Source: an uncultured Alphaproteobacteria bacterium
GTDB lineage: Bacteria; Pseudomonadota; Alphaproteobacteria; Rhodobacterales; Rhodobacteraceae
Assembly (NCBI GenBank): GCA_963721175.1
Contig: CAVRIG010000011.1
Span: 92,272 to 156,271 of the forward strand
Reading direction: 5' to 3'
Length of the DNA: 64,000 nt
The position numbers and the translations under genes were made by a program. The notes beneath the pieces are model-generated. The model saw nothing but the letters and a program-made list of their open reading frames with translations, ran no database searches and was not told where the DNA came from. The number at the start of each line of letters is the position of its first letter. The first letter of the stretch is position 1. This document shows positions 14,188 through 24,225 of the stretch, one piece after another.

Positions 14188-14562
14188 ATGACCGACGGTG
14201 ACGATATCCGCGCGCGGATCGATGCGCTGCGCCAGCAATTGCGCGAGGTACACGGCATTCGTGGCCGCACGCTGCACCAGGCGCTGCGGCGGTCGAAGCT
14301 GTTCCTGCCGCGCCACGTCCGTAAGGAGGGTCTGCGCCTCGCGGAGATCGAGCCGCTGCTGGGCCATCCGAAGCTGGAGCGGATGGTGGATTTCGACGCG
14401 GCGCGCGCGACGCATCAGGCGGTGGCCCGGCATCTGAAATCGGTCGACGTGGCGGACCTGCGCCGCGGCCGGCTTCTGGGCATCGCCGGGGCCATCGCGG
14501 TGAACGTGATCGTCGTGGCGGTGCTGTTCGTGGTCTGGTTGCGCTGGACGGGGCAGCTTTGA
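14188..14562 (+). CDS. hypothetical membrane protein
   Basis: Good codon usage, single C-terminal TM helix. Confidence 0.7.
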   Translation: MTDGDDIRARIDALRQQLREVHGIRGRTLHQALRRSKLFLPRHVRKEGLRLAEIEPLLGHPKLERMVDFDAARATHQAVARHLKSVDVADLRRGRLLGIAGAIAVNVIVVAVLFVVWLRWTGQL

Positions 14563-14580
14563 ATCCGGCCGCCGTTCGTC

Positions 14581-15307
14581 TCAGCGCGGATGGATCAGTG
14601 CGGTGATCCCGTCGGCGGCGAGTTCAGCCCATTTCGCGTAGATCGGCGCGCCGGGGTGGAAGCCGTCGCGCGCCATGCCAGTGCGCTCGAGAGGGATGTC
14701 GATCGGCAGGTGAAAGCAGTTCTCGTGCGCCGCTGCGACCTGTTGCAGCGCGCGGTCGAAGCGTTGCGTGCGCAGGGCGAGGATGGCCCGGAGCGGGTGC
14801 GGGATCAGCGGGAAATCCCCGATCCGCGGCAGGCCGGAGAAGAAGATGTGCTTCGTGCCATGGTTCTGGCGCAGCCGCGAGATCAGGCTGGTGAGATCGC
14901 GGCGCCATGCCAGTTCGGGCCGCAGGTTCTTGGCATCGTTCACGCCGAAGATCACCAGCGCCAGATCGAAACTCTTGTCCTCGACCGGGGCGAGCAGCTC
15001 CGACTACATGCGCGGTGGTGGCGCCGTTGCGCGCGCAAAGCTGCCAGGTCACGCAGTTGTTCTGGCCGAGCCGGGCGGCCAGCTGCGGGGTCAGGGCTAG
15101 ATCCTGCGTCTCGACGCCCACACCGGCGGCGGAGCTGTCGCCGATGACCAGAAGCCGCAGACCGGGGCCGACGCCGACCATGCCCGTCCGGTCGCCCGAG
15201 GGTTCGGGGAGAGCCAGCGCGCGCAGCCGCACCCAGGCCGTCTGCGCCGCGAGAAGCGGAGCCAGCGCCAGGGTCAACGCGGTATCTATGTTTGGACGCG
15301 CCAGCAT
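14581..15307 (-). CDS. SGNH/GDSL hydrolase; frameshift near 15000
   Basis: GDSSAAGVG, GVND and DGFHP blocks split over two frames. Confidence 0.85.
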
Positions 15308-15389
15308 TTGAAACAAATTGTGCCGCGTGCCTGCAAGCGATCAAGACGGGACGTGGCGTCAGGTCAACAATGCGTGCAATCCGCGCTCA

Positions 15390-16583
15390 TCATTTCCGCT
15401 CCCGGTCCTGTGGCGCGAGATCGTAGGGCGCGGCGATCTTCCAGACGTGGTCCGGGATCATGTTCTTCATCTTTGCCGGGGCGGCGCGACGCAGGTGCAG
15501 CACGGTTTCGGCGGCCTTCATCTCGACCCGCGTCCGGGCGAATTCCAGACCCCGCGGACCGGTGCGGGGCTGCAGCCAGCTCACGATCGGGCGGACCCAG
15601 CGCGGCATCCGGCGCAGCGGCAGCCCGCCAGCGGCGCGTTCGGTGTTGGCGACGAAGCCCTTGACCGCGCCCGCGCGGTTCCCGCGGGAACCAGGCGCCG
15701 AGAGCGTGATGCGATCGCCAAGACTGTCCAGCAGCGCTTTCCCGCGCTCATTGCGCACGATCACCCACTGCTCGCCTTCACCGCCCATGTAGCCGACCGT
15801 GATGTCGGCGAGCGCATTGGTGTAATCGACACAGGTGCGGCAGGTGAGCGGAAAGAAATCCGCCGGCAGTTCGGAGATCGGCAGCTTGAGGAACGGGATC
15901 AGGCGTTGGCGGCCGTCTGTAAATCTCAACTCGACACGGTAATCCGCGCGGAACTCCAGATACGTGATGGTGTCGGGCGCGTCGTCGAGCAGCGCCAGAA
16001 ACTCGTGAAAATTTTCAGTTGTCGTGTTGTCCGAGCAGGGCGTTCCGATGACGTGGAGCGAGTCGAGGCCCAGCTCCGGCTCCAGCGCCCGGAGCGCGTA
16101 GACCTGGCAAGGGATGCCGATCACTCCCAGGCGGGTGAAGCCGCGCGCCTTCGCCTCCTCCAAGAGCGCCAGCACAGGCGCATAGCCCATGCGCATGCCG
16201 CGCGCCTGCGCCATCTCGGCCGGTTCGGTGATCAGCGCGGGCACCGGTTTCCAACGGTCGGCGGCGTCGGGGATCACTGTCAGGATCGCGTCGACCTTGC
16301 CGGCGGAGAGCAGCGCCGCGCCGAGTGCGGTCGCGATGCCGGTCCACTGCGCGCCCTCGGCGGGCGGGGTCAGCGCGGCCCGGTACATGGCGAGATGGGG
16401 GCCGAAGAAGAGCTCGTCGCCCTCGCCGCGCGCCCGGCCGTGGACGCGGGTTTCGAGCCCGGGATAATCGGGCGCGATGAACTGGCACGCCCGCCCGCAC
16501 GCCCCCGGATCCGAGGAGCGCGAGATGCCGCAATCGGTGCAGAGCGTGCGCGGCTCAGCCTGGCGCAAGTTCCCGGTGATCAT
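15390..16583 (-). CDS. bciB: FrhB-family Fe-S flavoprotein, probable BciB-type divinyl-chlorophyllide 8-vinyl reductase
   Basis: CTDCG...[47 protein letters not shown]. Confidence 0.75.
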   Translation of the reverse strand: MITGNLRQAEPRTLCTDCGISRSSDPGACGRACQFIAPDYPGLETRVHGRARGEGDELFFGPHLAMYRAALTPPAEGAQWTGIATALGAALLSAGKVDAILTVIPDAADRWKPVPALITEPAEMAQARGMRMGYAPVLALLEEAKARGFTRLGVIGIPCQVYALRALEPELGLDSLHVIGTPCSDNTTTENFHEFLALLDDAPDTITYLEFRADYRVELRFTDGRQRLIPFLKLPISELPADFFPLTCRTCVDYTNALADITVGYMGGEGEQWVIVRNERGKALLDSLGDRITLSAPGSRGNRAGAVKGFVANTERAAGGLPLRRMPRWVRPIVSWLQPRTGPRGLEFARTRVEMKAAETVLHLRRAAPAKMKNMIPDHVWKIAAPYDLAPQDRERK

Positions 16584-17341
16584 GTGAACTGTTCCGAGAT
16601 GAGGCGTTCTTCGAGGCCGTGGCCCGGGTCGAAGAGAATGCGGTGCGTCACGCTGGGCTCAGACCGGATGTCGACGATGCTCACGTTGCGGACCGACACG
16701 CCATCGGCATCGGCCATCACCGGGCGCTTTTCGGGTTCCAGGACTTCGAACCTCACCTTGGCCCTTTTGGGCAGCAACGCCCCGCGCCAGCGCCGGGGGC
16801 GGAACGCAGCGACGGCCGTCAGCGCCAGCACGTCGGAGCCGATGGGCAGGATGGGGCCGTGGGCGGAGTAGTTGTAGGCGGTCGACCCCGCCGGCGTCGA
16901 CACTAGCGCTCCGTCGCACACAAGCTCGTCCATGCGCAGGCGGTCATCGACGTAGATGCGCAGTTTCGCCGCCTGCGGCCCCGCGCGCAGCAGAGAAACC
17001 TCGTTGATGGCCAGCGCATGCGCCTCGTCCCCGTCCACCAGGTAGGCCGACATCTCGAGCGGGTTGATCACGGCCTCCTCGGCGTCGGCCAGACGCTCCG
17101 GCAGATCATCCTCGGAGTATTCGTTCATCAGGAATCCGATGGTGCCCCGGTTCATGCCGTAGACCGGAACGCGCAGCGCCTGGGTCTGGTGCAGCGTGTG
17201 CAGCATGAACCCGTCGCCACCGAGGGCGACGATCACGTCGGCCGCCTCCGTCGGGATATCCCCGTAGCGCTCCACGAGTGCCGTCTGCGCGGATTGCGCG
17301 ACGTCTGCGCGGGCCGCGGCAAAGGCGATTTTCAGCGTCAT
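16580..17341 (-). CDS. nadK: NAD kinase
   Basis: [33 protein letters not shown]. Confidence 0.93.
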   Translation of the reverse strand: MTLKIAFAAARADVAQSAQTALVERYGDIPTEAADVIVALGGDGFMLHTLHQTQALRVPVYGMNRGTIGFLMNEYSEDDLPERLADAEEAVINPLEMSAYLVDGDEAHALAINEVSLLRAGPQAAKLRIYVDDRLRMDELVCDGALVSTPAGSTAYNYSAHGPILPIGSDVLALTAVAAFRPRRWRGALLPKRAKVRFEVLEPEKRPVMADADGVSVRNVSIVDIRSEPSVTHRILFDPGHGLEERLISEQFT

Positions 17342-17509
17342 TGTCGGTCCCGCACCGTCGTTCCTGCCGTTGAAACAAGCACATATTTCCGGTAGGCACC
17401 AGCGGCGGCGGAAATACCTTTGTATGTGTCGCATTTCGGGCTTTGCGGCCTATTCTGTTTCCAATAGGAAACCGTGCAACGCCCAATGTGAGTTTGAAAG
17501 GACAGATCC

Positions 17510-18805
17510 ATGAACATCACTCATCGAGACACCGGGTTCTTCACGCAAGCTCTCGCGGACAGGGATCCCGAGATCTTCGGCGCCATCACCAAGGAATTGG
17601 GTCGCCAGCGGGACGAGATCGAGCTGATCGCGTCCGAGAACATCGTTTCGGCCGCCGTGATGGAAGCGCAGGGTTCGGTGATGACGAACAAGTATGCCGA
17701 GGGCTATCCGGGCCGGCGGTATTACGGCGGCTGCCAGTTCGTGGACATCGCCGAGGAACTGGCGATCGCGCGGGCGTGCGAACTCTTCGGCTGCGGGTTC
17801 GCGAACGTGCAGCCCAATTCGGGCAGCCAGGCCAACCAGGGCGTATTCACCGCGCTGCTGAAGCCGGGCGACACGATCCTGGGCATGAGCCTGGACGCGG
17901 GTGGTCACCTGACCCACGGCGCCGCCCCGAACCAGTCGGGCAAGTGGTTCAACGCGATCCAGTACGGCGTGCGCAAGCAGGACAACCTGCTCGATTACGA
18001 CCAGGTGGCGGCGCTGGCGTCGGAGCACAAGCCGAAATTGATCATCGCGGGCGGATCTGCCATTCCGCGCCAGATCGACTTCGCCAAGATGCGCGAGATC
18101 GCAGACAGCGTGGGCGCGTACCTGCTGGTCGACATGGCGCATTTCGCGGGGCTGGTCGCGGCGGGCGAGCATCCCAGCCCGTTCCCGCACGCGCATGTCG
18201 CGACGACGACGACGCACAAGACCCTGCGCGGACCGCGCGGCGGCATGATCCTGACCAATGACGAGGCGCTGGCCAAGAAGTTCAACTCCGCCATCTTCCC
18301 GGGTATCCAGGGCGGCCCGCTGATGCACGTGATCGCGGCGAAGGCGGTCGCCTTCGGCGAGGCGCTGCAGCCGGGGTTCAAGGACTACATCCGCCAGGTC
18401 ATCTCAAATGCGCAGGCGCTGGCAGACCAACTCCACAAGGGCGGGTTGGAGACGGTGACGCATGGCACCGACACCCACGTGCTGCTGGTCGATCTGCGGC
18501 CGAAGAAGGTGAAGGGCAACGCCACCGAAAAGGCGCTGGGCCGCGCGCATATCACCTGCAACAAGAACGGCGTGCCGTTCGATCCCGAGAAACCGATGGT
18601 GACGAGCGGCATCCGTCTGGGCTCGCCCGCAGGCACGACGCGCGGGTTCGGGGAGCCCGAGTTCCGCCAGATCGCCGACTGGATCATCGAAGTCGTGGAC
18701 GGGCTTGCCGAGAATGGCGAGGACGGAAACGCGGAGGTCGAGGCCAAGGTGAAGGCCGAGGTCGCGGACCTGTGCGGGCGCTTCCCGCTGTATCCCAAGC
18801 TCTGA
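17510..18805 (+). CDS. glyA: serine hydroxymethyltransferase
   Basis: [31 protein letters not shown] lysine. Confidence 0.98.
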   Translation: MNITHRDTGFFTQALADRDPEIFGAITKELGRQRDEIELIASENIVSAAVMEAQGSVMTNKYAEGYPGRRYYGGCQFVDIAEELAIARACELFGCGFANVQPNSGSQANQGVFTALLKPGDTILGMSLDAGGHLTHGAAPNQSGKWFNAIQYGVRKQDNLLDYDQVAALASEHKPKLIIAGGSAIPRQIDFAKMREIADSVGAYLLVDMAHFAGLVAAGEHPSPFPHAHVATTTTHKTLRGPRGGMILTNDEALAKKFNSAIFPGIQGGPLMHVIAAKAVAFGEALQPGFKDYIRQVISNAQALADQLHKGGLETVTHGTDTHVLLVDLRPKKVKGNATEKALGRAHITCNKNGVPFDPEKPMVTSGIRLGSPAGTTRGFGEPEFRQIADWIIEVVDGLAENGEDGNAEVEAKVKAEVADLCGRFPLYPKL

Positions 18806-18826
18806 CCGGCGGCGGGTTAACCGTGG

Positions 18827-18845
18827 CCCCGGGTCCTGCCCGGGG
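18827..18845 (+). terminator. GC hairpin downstream of glyA
   Basis: CCCCGGG-tcctg-CCCGGGG inverted repeat; no clear U-tract. Confidence 0.4.
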
Positions 18846-19021
18846 CGCGCGGGCCCTAGGGTTCAAGTCTCTGACATCGGTGGTGTAACCACCAACTCGG
18901 CCGGGATCGAAGGCGCCGTGTGGCCACCGCTGCGGCCTGTCTGCCTGTCCTTCGAGAGCAAAAAACGCGGCGGGGCGTGTCGGCCTAGCGTGGCAAGATA
19001 ATTCACGAAGCATGTCGGCGT

Positions 19022-19591
19022 TCAGCTTTCGCCGGCGACGTACTTGCGCACGATCCCCGTCATCTGGTCGGCGTTCAGAACCGGAGGCAGGAGGGTCAGC
19101 AGATTGCCGTCGCCATCCATCAGGTGCACGAAGCCGGTGTGGCTGTAGATCCAGCCATATTCCGGGTCCTGAAAGAGAGGTTCGAATTCCACGTTGAACG
19201 CGTCATAGGCCACATTCAGCGCGGATCTTTCGCCGGTCAGGCCCACGAACCGGGGGTGCAGATCGGCGAGCGGACCGACCATCGTCTCCACCGTGTCCTG
19301 TTCGGGGTCGATGGTGATCAGGACCGGGGTCACGGCGACGCCCTCGGCCTCCAGAGCGCGGGCCACCTCCGCCATCAGCGGCAACGCGGCGGAACAGATG
19401 TTGAGGCAATTGGCGTATCCGAAGAAAATGAGCTGGGGCCTTCCGTCCGGGTCGGCCTCGGTGCGGGTCTTCCCGTGCTGGTCGGTGAGTTCGTACGGCC
19501 CGCCGAGATCGATAGGAAACGGGCTCTCCGCCCCGACTGGCAGTGCCAACGGCAGCGCCAGGCAGGCCGCGAGCACGCGCCCGCACCACAT
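19022..19591 (-). CDS. SCO1/SenC family copper chaperone
   Basis: FFGYANCLNIC (CxxxC), ITIDPEQD, conserved His in YSHTG. Confidence 0.9.
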   Translation of the reverse strand: MWCGRVLAACLALPLALPVGAESPFPIDLGGPYELTDQHGKTRTEADPDGRPQLIFFGYANCLNICSAALPLMAEVARALEAEGVAVTPVLITIDPEQDTVETMVGPLADLHPRFVGLTGERSALNVAYDAFNVEFEPLFQDPEYGWIYSHTGFVHLMDGDGNLLTLLPPVLNADQMTGIVRKYVAGES

Positions 19592-20154
19592 CAGAAACTC
19601 TCCTCGGCGTAGGCCGCGTCCTCTTCCAGCCCCAACCCCAAGTAACCTTCCTCGGCAATGATCGCCTGGATGCGGGGATCGCGGCGGAACCACGGTCCCT
19701 CGCCGGCAGCGTCCGGGTTCGCCTCGGCCCAGCGTTTGGACGCGGTGTTGGCCTTCACCGGCTCGGAGGCGCCTTCGGGCAGGATCGTCTGCACCTGGTA
19801 GACATTGGTCGCGCCGAGGTCCGGATCTTCGATCAGCAGGCCGTCGACCGTCACCGTCTGGTTGCAGAACGGCGCGAGTTCCGTTGCCGCACCCATGAAG
19901 TTCGGCTGGTTGTTCTTCAGGGCCAGCACCAGCACGTCGTCGGCGCTGCGCACGAGGCCCATCTGGCGGGTGCCGGCGCCGCAATCGGCCGGACAGTCGC
20001 CGGTGAGTTCGCAGAGGACATCGACCACGCGCGCCTCGAACCTTGCGGGCTGTTCGGCATAGAGGTTCCAGGAGTTCGCCTCGGAGCCTTCGGAGAAATC
20101 CTGCGCGGCAAGGGGTGCTGCAGCGAGCAACAGGGAGAAGACGAGCTGTTTCAT
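19591..20154 (-). CDS. secreted Cys-motif hypothetical protein
   Basis: Signal peptide; VVDVLC...CPADCGAG; overlapping start/stop with both neighbours. Confidence 0.8.
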   Translation of the reverse strand: MKQLVFSLLLAAAPLAAQDFSEGSEANSWNLYAEQPARFEARVVDVLCELTGDCPADCGAGTRQMGLVRSADDVLVLALKNNQPNFMGAATELAPFCNQTVTVDGLLIEDPDLGATNVYQVQTILPEGASEPVKANTASKRWAEANPDAAGEGPWFRRDPRIQAIIAEEGYLGLGLEEDAAYAEESF

Positions 20155-20597
20155 TCGTTCGGATCCGGGAAGGCGAAGGGGGGAACGGTGCCATAATCCT
20201 CATGGCTCCGGTTCTGGATATCGAGGTCGGAGATGACCTGCTCGACCAGCAGGTAGTTGATCCCGTCACGCTGGTGCAGAATGCCATCCGCCTCGACCGT
20301 GTGCGCGGCGAGATGCAACGCGGTATCGCCGGCGGCGGAGGTGTCATCGTCGCCGATCTTCAGCACCATGTAGACGGTGCCGTCCTCGGCCAGCAGCCCC
20401 ACCGGGATGCCCCCCGCGGAACACCAGAGCGCGCAGGTATGATGCGCCGAGCCCACGACGGCATCGGGTCCGCCCATCACGCCGGAGTAGTAGCACCAGG
20501 TGTCGATGATCTCGCCCTTCACCTGCACCCGTTCGCCCTCGGCGGCGAGCGCGGGCAGGGGCAGGGCCAGAAATGCTGCGGCCAGCAGGTGTCGCAT
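20151..20597 (-). CDS. secreted Cys/His-motif hypothetical protein
   Basis: Signal peptide; IIDTWC...HHTCALWCSAGG; GGAGA RBS. Confidence 0.8.
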   Translation of the reverse strand: MRHLLAAAFLALPLPALAAEGERVQVKGEIIDTWCYYSGVMGGPDAVVGSAHHTCALWCSAGGIPVGLLAEDGTVYMVLKIGDDDTSAAGDTALHLAAHTVEADGILHQRDGINYLLVEQVISDLDIQNRSHEDYGTVPPFAFPDPNE

Positions 20598-20681
20598 GTC
20601 TCGGGTCTCCCGACGAATTCAGATACCGGGAGCCTACGCGGAATGGCCGGTCGCGGAAATGAAAGCTTTGTGAGAGTTGTG

Positions 20682-21914
20682 TCAGTCGAGCGTGAAGAGC
20701 TCGATCCGCTCCGACACGCCGCGCATTCGGTACTGTCCCAGCGACACGAGGTCGGCTTGGGTAAAGAGGTGCGGCCGCGCCACGCGGGCGGAGATCACGA
20801 TTGTCTGGTCGACATGCGCGCACATGCCCTGTAGCCGCGCGGCGGTGTTGACCGCGGGGCCGATCACCGTGAAATCGAGCCGCGTATGCCCGCCGATATT
20901 GCCGTAGAGCACGTCGCCCGCGTGCAGCGCCATGGTGCAGCCGGTAACGGGCTGATCCTCCGCTTGGCGGGTCGCGTTGATCTCCTGCATGCCCGTGCGG
21001 ATCGACCGCACCGTGTCGAGTGCGGCACTGCCGGCAATGTGCTCATCCTCCTGCGAGAAGACCGCCAGCAGACCGTCGCCCATGAACTTCAGGACGTTGC
21101 CGCCATTCTCCTCGATCCGGGCCACGACCATCGAGTAATATCCGTTGAGCATGCCGATGATCGCCTGCCCTGCCAGCGTTTCGGACATCCGGGTGAAGCC
21201 CGAGAGGTCGAAGAGCAGGATGACGGCGCTGAGTTGCTGCGCCGAACCGCGGTCGATCTCCCCCGACAGGACCCGTGTGCCAGCGTCGGGACCGAGATAG
21301 ACGGAGAGCAGATCCTCAGCCATGCGCCGGTTGGCCGAGGATTTGAGGACGATGGAGAGTGCCGGAAGCAGGCGCTCCATGTCCGCCAGATCGCGCTCGG
21401 AGAACCCGTCGACGGCGTTGCTTGTGAGGGAGATCATCATGCCCTGCGGCGGTTCGTCGGCGTCGTAGTCGGCTATTTCGGCGGGGCTGACGAAGGCGAC
21501 GCGGCGCGCGAAGTAGTCGATGCCGCCCCGGTCGTGGAGAGTCTGCAGCATCGGAAAGCGTGCGCGGACCTGCGGGTCGGGAATGCGCAGGCGCAGGGTA
21601 TCGAGGTTCTCGACCAGCATGTGGTAGAGGGGGCTCGAATGCCACTCGACCAGTCCGTCGGTGCCGAAATTCTCGCTATGCTTGCCCAACGTGCTCTCCC
21701 AGCGATGGCCGACGGCACCGTAGGTCGGGTGCAGCGCCCGGAAGGTGGTATGCAGGCGCATCAGCGGGACGCCGAGATCCAGGAGCCGCTGGCTGAGTTC
21801 TTCGAGCAGTTGGTCGAAGGGCGTGCCGTGGATACCTTGCCACAGGATCCAGTCGTGGAGCGCCGTGATGGCCGCACCACGCTCATCATAATCGGGAGGC
21901 TCAGGCTCTGGCAT
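20682..21914 (-). CDS. class III adenylate/guanylate cyclase with N-terminal sensor region
   Basis: FDLSGFT, KFMGDG, DFTVIGPAVNTAARL. Confidence 0.9.
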   Translation of the reverse strand: MPEPEPPDYDERGAAITALHDWILWQGIHGTPFDQLLEELSQRLLDLGVPLMRLHTTFRALHPTYGAVGHRWESTLGKHSENFGTDGLVEWHSSPLYHMLVENLDTLRLRIPDPQVRARFPMLQTLHDRGGIDYFARRVAFVSPAEIADYDADEPPQGMMISLTSNAVDGFSERDLADMERLLPALSIVLKSSANRRMAEDLLSVYLGPDAGTRVLSGEIDRGSAQQLSAVILLFDLSGFTRMSETLAGQAIIGMLNGYYSMVVARIEENGGNVLKFMGDGLLAVFSQEDEHIAGSAALDTVRSIRTGMQEINATRQAEDQPVTGCTMALHAGDVLYGNIGGHTRLDFTVIGPAVNTAARLQGMCAHVDQTIVISARVARPHLFTQADLVSLGQYRMRGVSERIELFTLD

Positions 21915-23793
21915 ATCCTATCGTCCGCAGCGCGTCGCGCATTTCATCGAGGATCGCGGGGTCGTCGATCGTGGCGGGCATCTTGTACTCCGCGCCGTCG
22001 GCGATCTTGACCATGATGCCGCGCAGGATCTTGCCGGAGCGGGTCTTGGGCAGGCGGTCGACCACCACTGCGAGCTTGAAGGCGGCGACGGGGCCGATCC
22101 GGTCGCGGACCATCTTCACGACCTCGGATACGATGTCTTCGTGCGGGCGGTTGCAGCCCTTGTTGAGGATCATGAAACCCACCGGCAGCTGGCCCTTGAA
22201 GTCGTCGGTGACGCCGATCACCGCGCATTCGGCGACGTCCGCGTGGCCTGCCAGCACCTCCTCCATGCCCCCCGTGGACAGGCGGTGCCCGGCCACGTTG
22301 ATGACGTCGTCGGTCCGGGCCATGATGTAGAGATAGCCGTCCGCGTCCTTCATCCCCGCATCGCCGGTCTCGTAGTAGCCGGGGAAATGGTCGAGGTAGG
22401 ATTTGCGGAAGCGATCGGGCGCGTTCCAGAGCGTGGGCAGCGTGCCGGGCGGCAGGGGCAGCTTCACCGCGATGGCGCCGAGTTCGCCGTCGGGAACCTC
22501 GTGGCCGTCCTCGCCCAGGATCCGCACGTCCCAGCCGGGCATGGGGACGGACGGCGAGCCGATCTTCACCGGCAGCAGCTCCAGCCCCATCGGGTTGGCC
22601 GCGATGGACCAGCCGGTTTCCGTCTGCCACCAGTGGTCGAGCACGGGTTTCTTGAGCAGCTTCTGCGCCCATTCGATGGTGTCGGGGTCGGCGCGTTCGC
22701 CGGCGAGGAAGAGCGCGCGCAGGTGGCTGAGGTCATATTGCGCGGCCAGTTCGCCCTTCGGGTCTTCCCGCTTCACCGCGCGGATGGCGGTGGGGGCGGT
22801 GAAGAAGGAGCGGACCTTGTGCTCCGCGATCACCCGCCAGAAGGTGCCGGCATCGGGTGTGCCGATCGGCTTGCCCTCGAACACCACGGTGGTGTTGCCG
22901 GCGAAGAGCGGCGCGTAGCAGATGTAGGAGTGCCCCACGACCCAGCCCACGTCGGAGGCGGCCCAGAACACCTCGCCCGGCTCGACGTTGTAGATGTTCT
23001 TCATCGTCCAGTTGAGCGCCACGATGTGGCCGGCGGTGGGCCGCACGACGCCCTTGGGTGCGCCGGTCGTGCCGGAGGTATAGAGGATGTAGGCGGGGTG
23101 GTTGCCTTCGACGGGCACGCACTCCGCGGGCTCCGCACCGTACTGGAAGGCGTGCCAGTCGACGTCGCGCCCGTCCTCCAGCTTTGCAACCTCCTGGTCG
23201 CGCTGGAAGATCACGCAGAAGTCCGGCTTGTGCTTGGCCATCTCGATGGCGCCGTCGACCAGCGGCTTGTAATGCACGACGCGGCCCGGCTCGATCCCGC
23301 AGGAGGCGGCGATGATCGCCTTGGGCTGACAGTCGTCGATGCGCACGGCGAGTTCGTTGGCGGCGAAGCCCCCGAAGACGACGGAATGTATCGCACCCAG
23401 CCGCGTGCAGGCCAGCATTGCTTCCAGCGCCTCGGGAATCATCGGCATGTAGATGATGACGCGGTCGCCCTTTTCTATGCCCTTGGCGCGCAGGGCCCCG
23501 GCGAGGGAGGCAACTCGGGTCTGCAACACGTCGAAGGTGATCTGGTGCTTCGTGCCGGTGACGGGGCTGTCGTGGATGATCGCCACCCTGTCGCCGTGGC
23601 CCGCCTCCACATGACGGTCGACCGCGTTCCAGCAGGTGTTGATCCGGCCGTCCGCGAACCATTCGTAGAGGTGATCGCCCCGGTCGAAAAGCGCGCGGGA
23701 GGGCGGTTCGTCCCAGTCGACGGCCTGCGCCGCCTCCATCCAGAATCCTTCCGGATCCCGTTGCCACGCCGCGTAGGTCTCGCGATATCCCAT
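21901..23793 (-). CDS. prpE: propionyl-CoA synthetase
   Basis: YILYTSGTTGAPKG, DHWWQTETG, PKTRSGKILR. Confidence 0.9.
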   Translation of the reverse strand: MGYRETYAAWQRDPEGFWMEAAQAVDWDEPPSRALFDRGDHLYEWFADGRINTCWNAVDRHVEAGHGDRVAIIHDSPVTGTKHQITFDVLQTRVASLAGALRAKGIEKGDRVIIYMPMIPEALEAMLACTRLGAIHSVVFGGFAANELAVRIDDCQPKAIIAASCGIEPGRVVHYKPLVDGAIEMAKHKPDFCVIFQRDQEVAKLEDGRDVDWHAFQYGAEPAECVPVEGNHPAYILYTSGTTGAPKGVVRPTAGHIVALNWTMKNIYNVEPGEVFWAASDVGWVVGHSYICYAPLFAGNTTVVFEGKPIGTPDAGTFWRVIAEHKVRSFFTAPTAIRAVKREDPKGELAAQYDLSHLRALFLAGERADPDTIEWAQKLLKKPVLDHWWQTETGWSIAANPMGLELLPVKIGSPSVPMPGWDVRILGEDGHEVPDGELGAIAVKLPLPPGTLPTLWNAPDRFRKSYLDHFPGYYETGDAGMKDADGYLYIMARTDDVINVAGHRLSTGGMEEVLAGHADVAECAVIGVTDDFKGQLPVGFMILNKGCNRPHEDIVSEVVKMVRDRIGPVAAFKLAVVVDRLPKTRSGKILRGIMVKIADGAEYKMPATIDDPAILDEMRDALRTIGYARA

Positions 23794-24050
23794 GTGATCC
23801 TCCCCAAGTACCGTCGCTCGGGATTTACGGACGCTTTGGCAAACCGCGCAAGGTCTCGCGAGTGGGCGGGGCGCGAAAGTGTAAATTCGTTGACATGTCC
23901 GGGCGCCGACATGCGGATCCGGCGGTGGGCCGGATGCGTGATCACAAATCTGTTTCAGCCCCGGAATCCCGCTTGCCAAATCATCGGGGCAAGCGCTTAG
24001 GATTCAGCTACGGGCGGCGTCGGGCCGTCCCGCTTCAAAGGATGAAAGCA

Positions 24051-24107
24051 ATGGGCGACAAGAAGGCAAAACCGTCCAAACCCGGTGACAAGACGACCAA
24101 GAAGTAA
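24051..24107 (+). CDS. 18-aa lysine-rich small ORF (MGDKKAKPSKPGDKTTKK)
   Basis: AAGGA RBS upstream, biased codons, followed by a strong hairpin. Confidence 0.5.
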   Translation: MGDKKAKPSKPGDKTTKK

Positions 24108-24123
24108 ACCGTTCCCTCGGTTG

Positions 24124-24160
24124 GCCGCCATGCCGAGTTGCTGCGGCGTGGCGGCATTTC
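24124..24160 (+). terminator. hairpin after the small ORF
   Basis: GCCGCCATGCCG...CGGCGTGGCGGC followed by ATTTC. Confidence 0.5.
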
Positions 24161-24225
24161 TGGGCTGCGCAGCAACTTGTTTCCCGCATCGGCAGGCGAC
24201 GTCCTGCCCGGCCGGGATCGACCCC

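Noticed and set aside
18858-18880. GGTTCAAGTC tRNA T-loop-like motif after glyA
   Set aside because: No cloverleaf, acceptor stem or CCA
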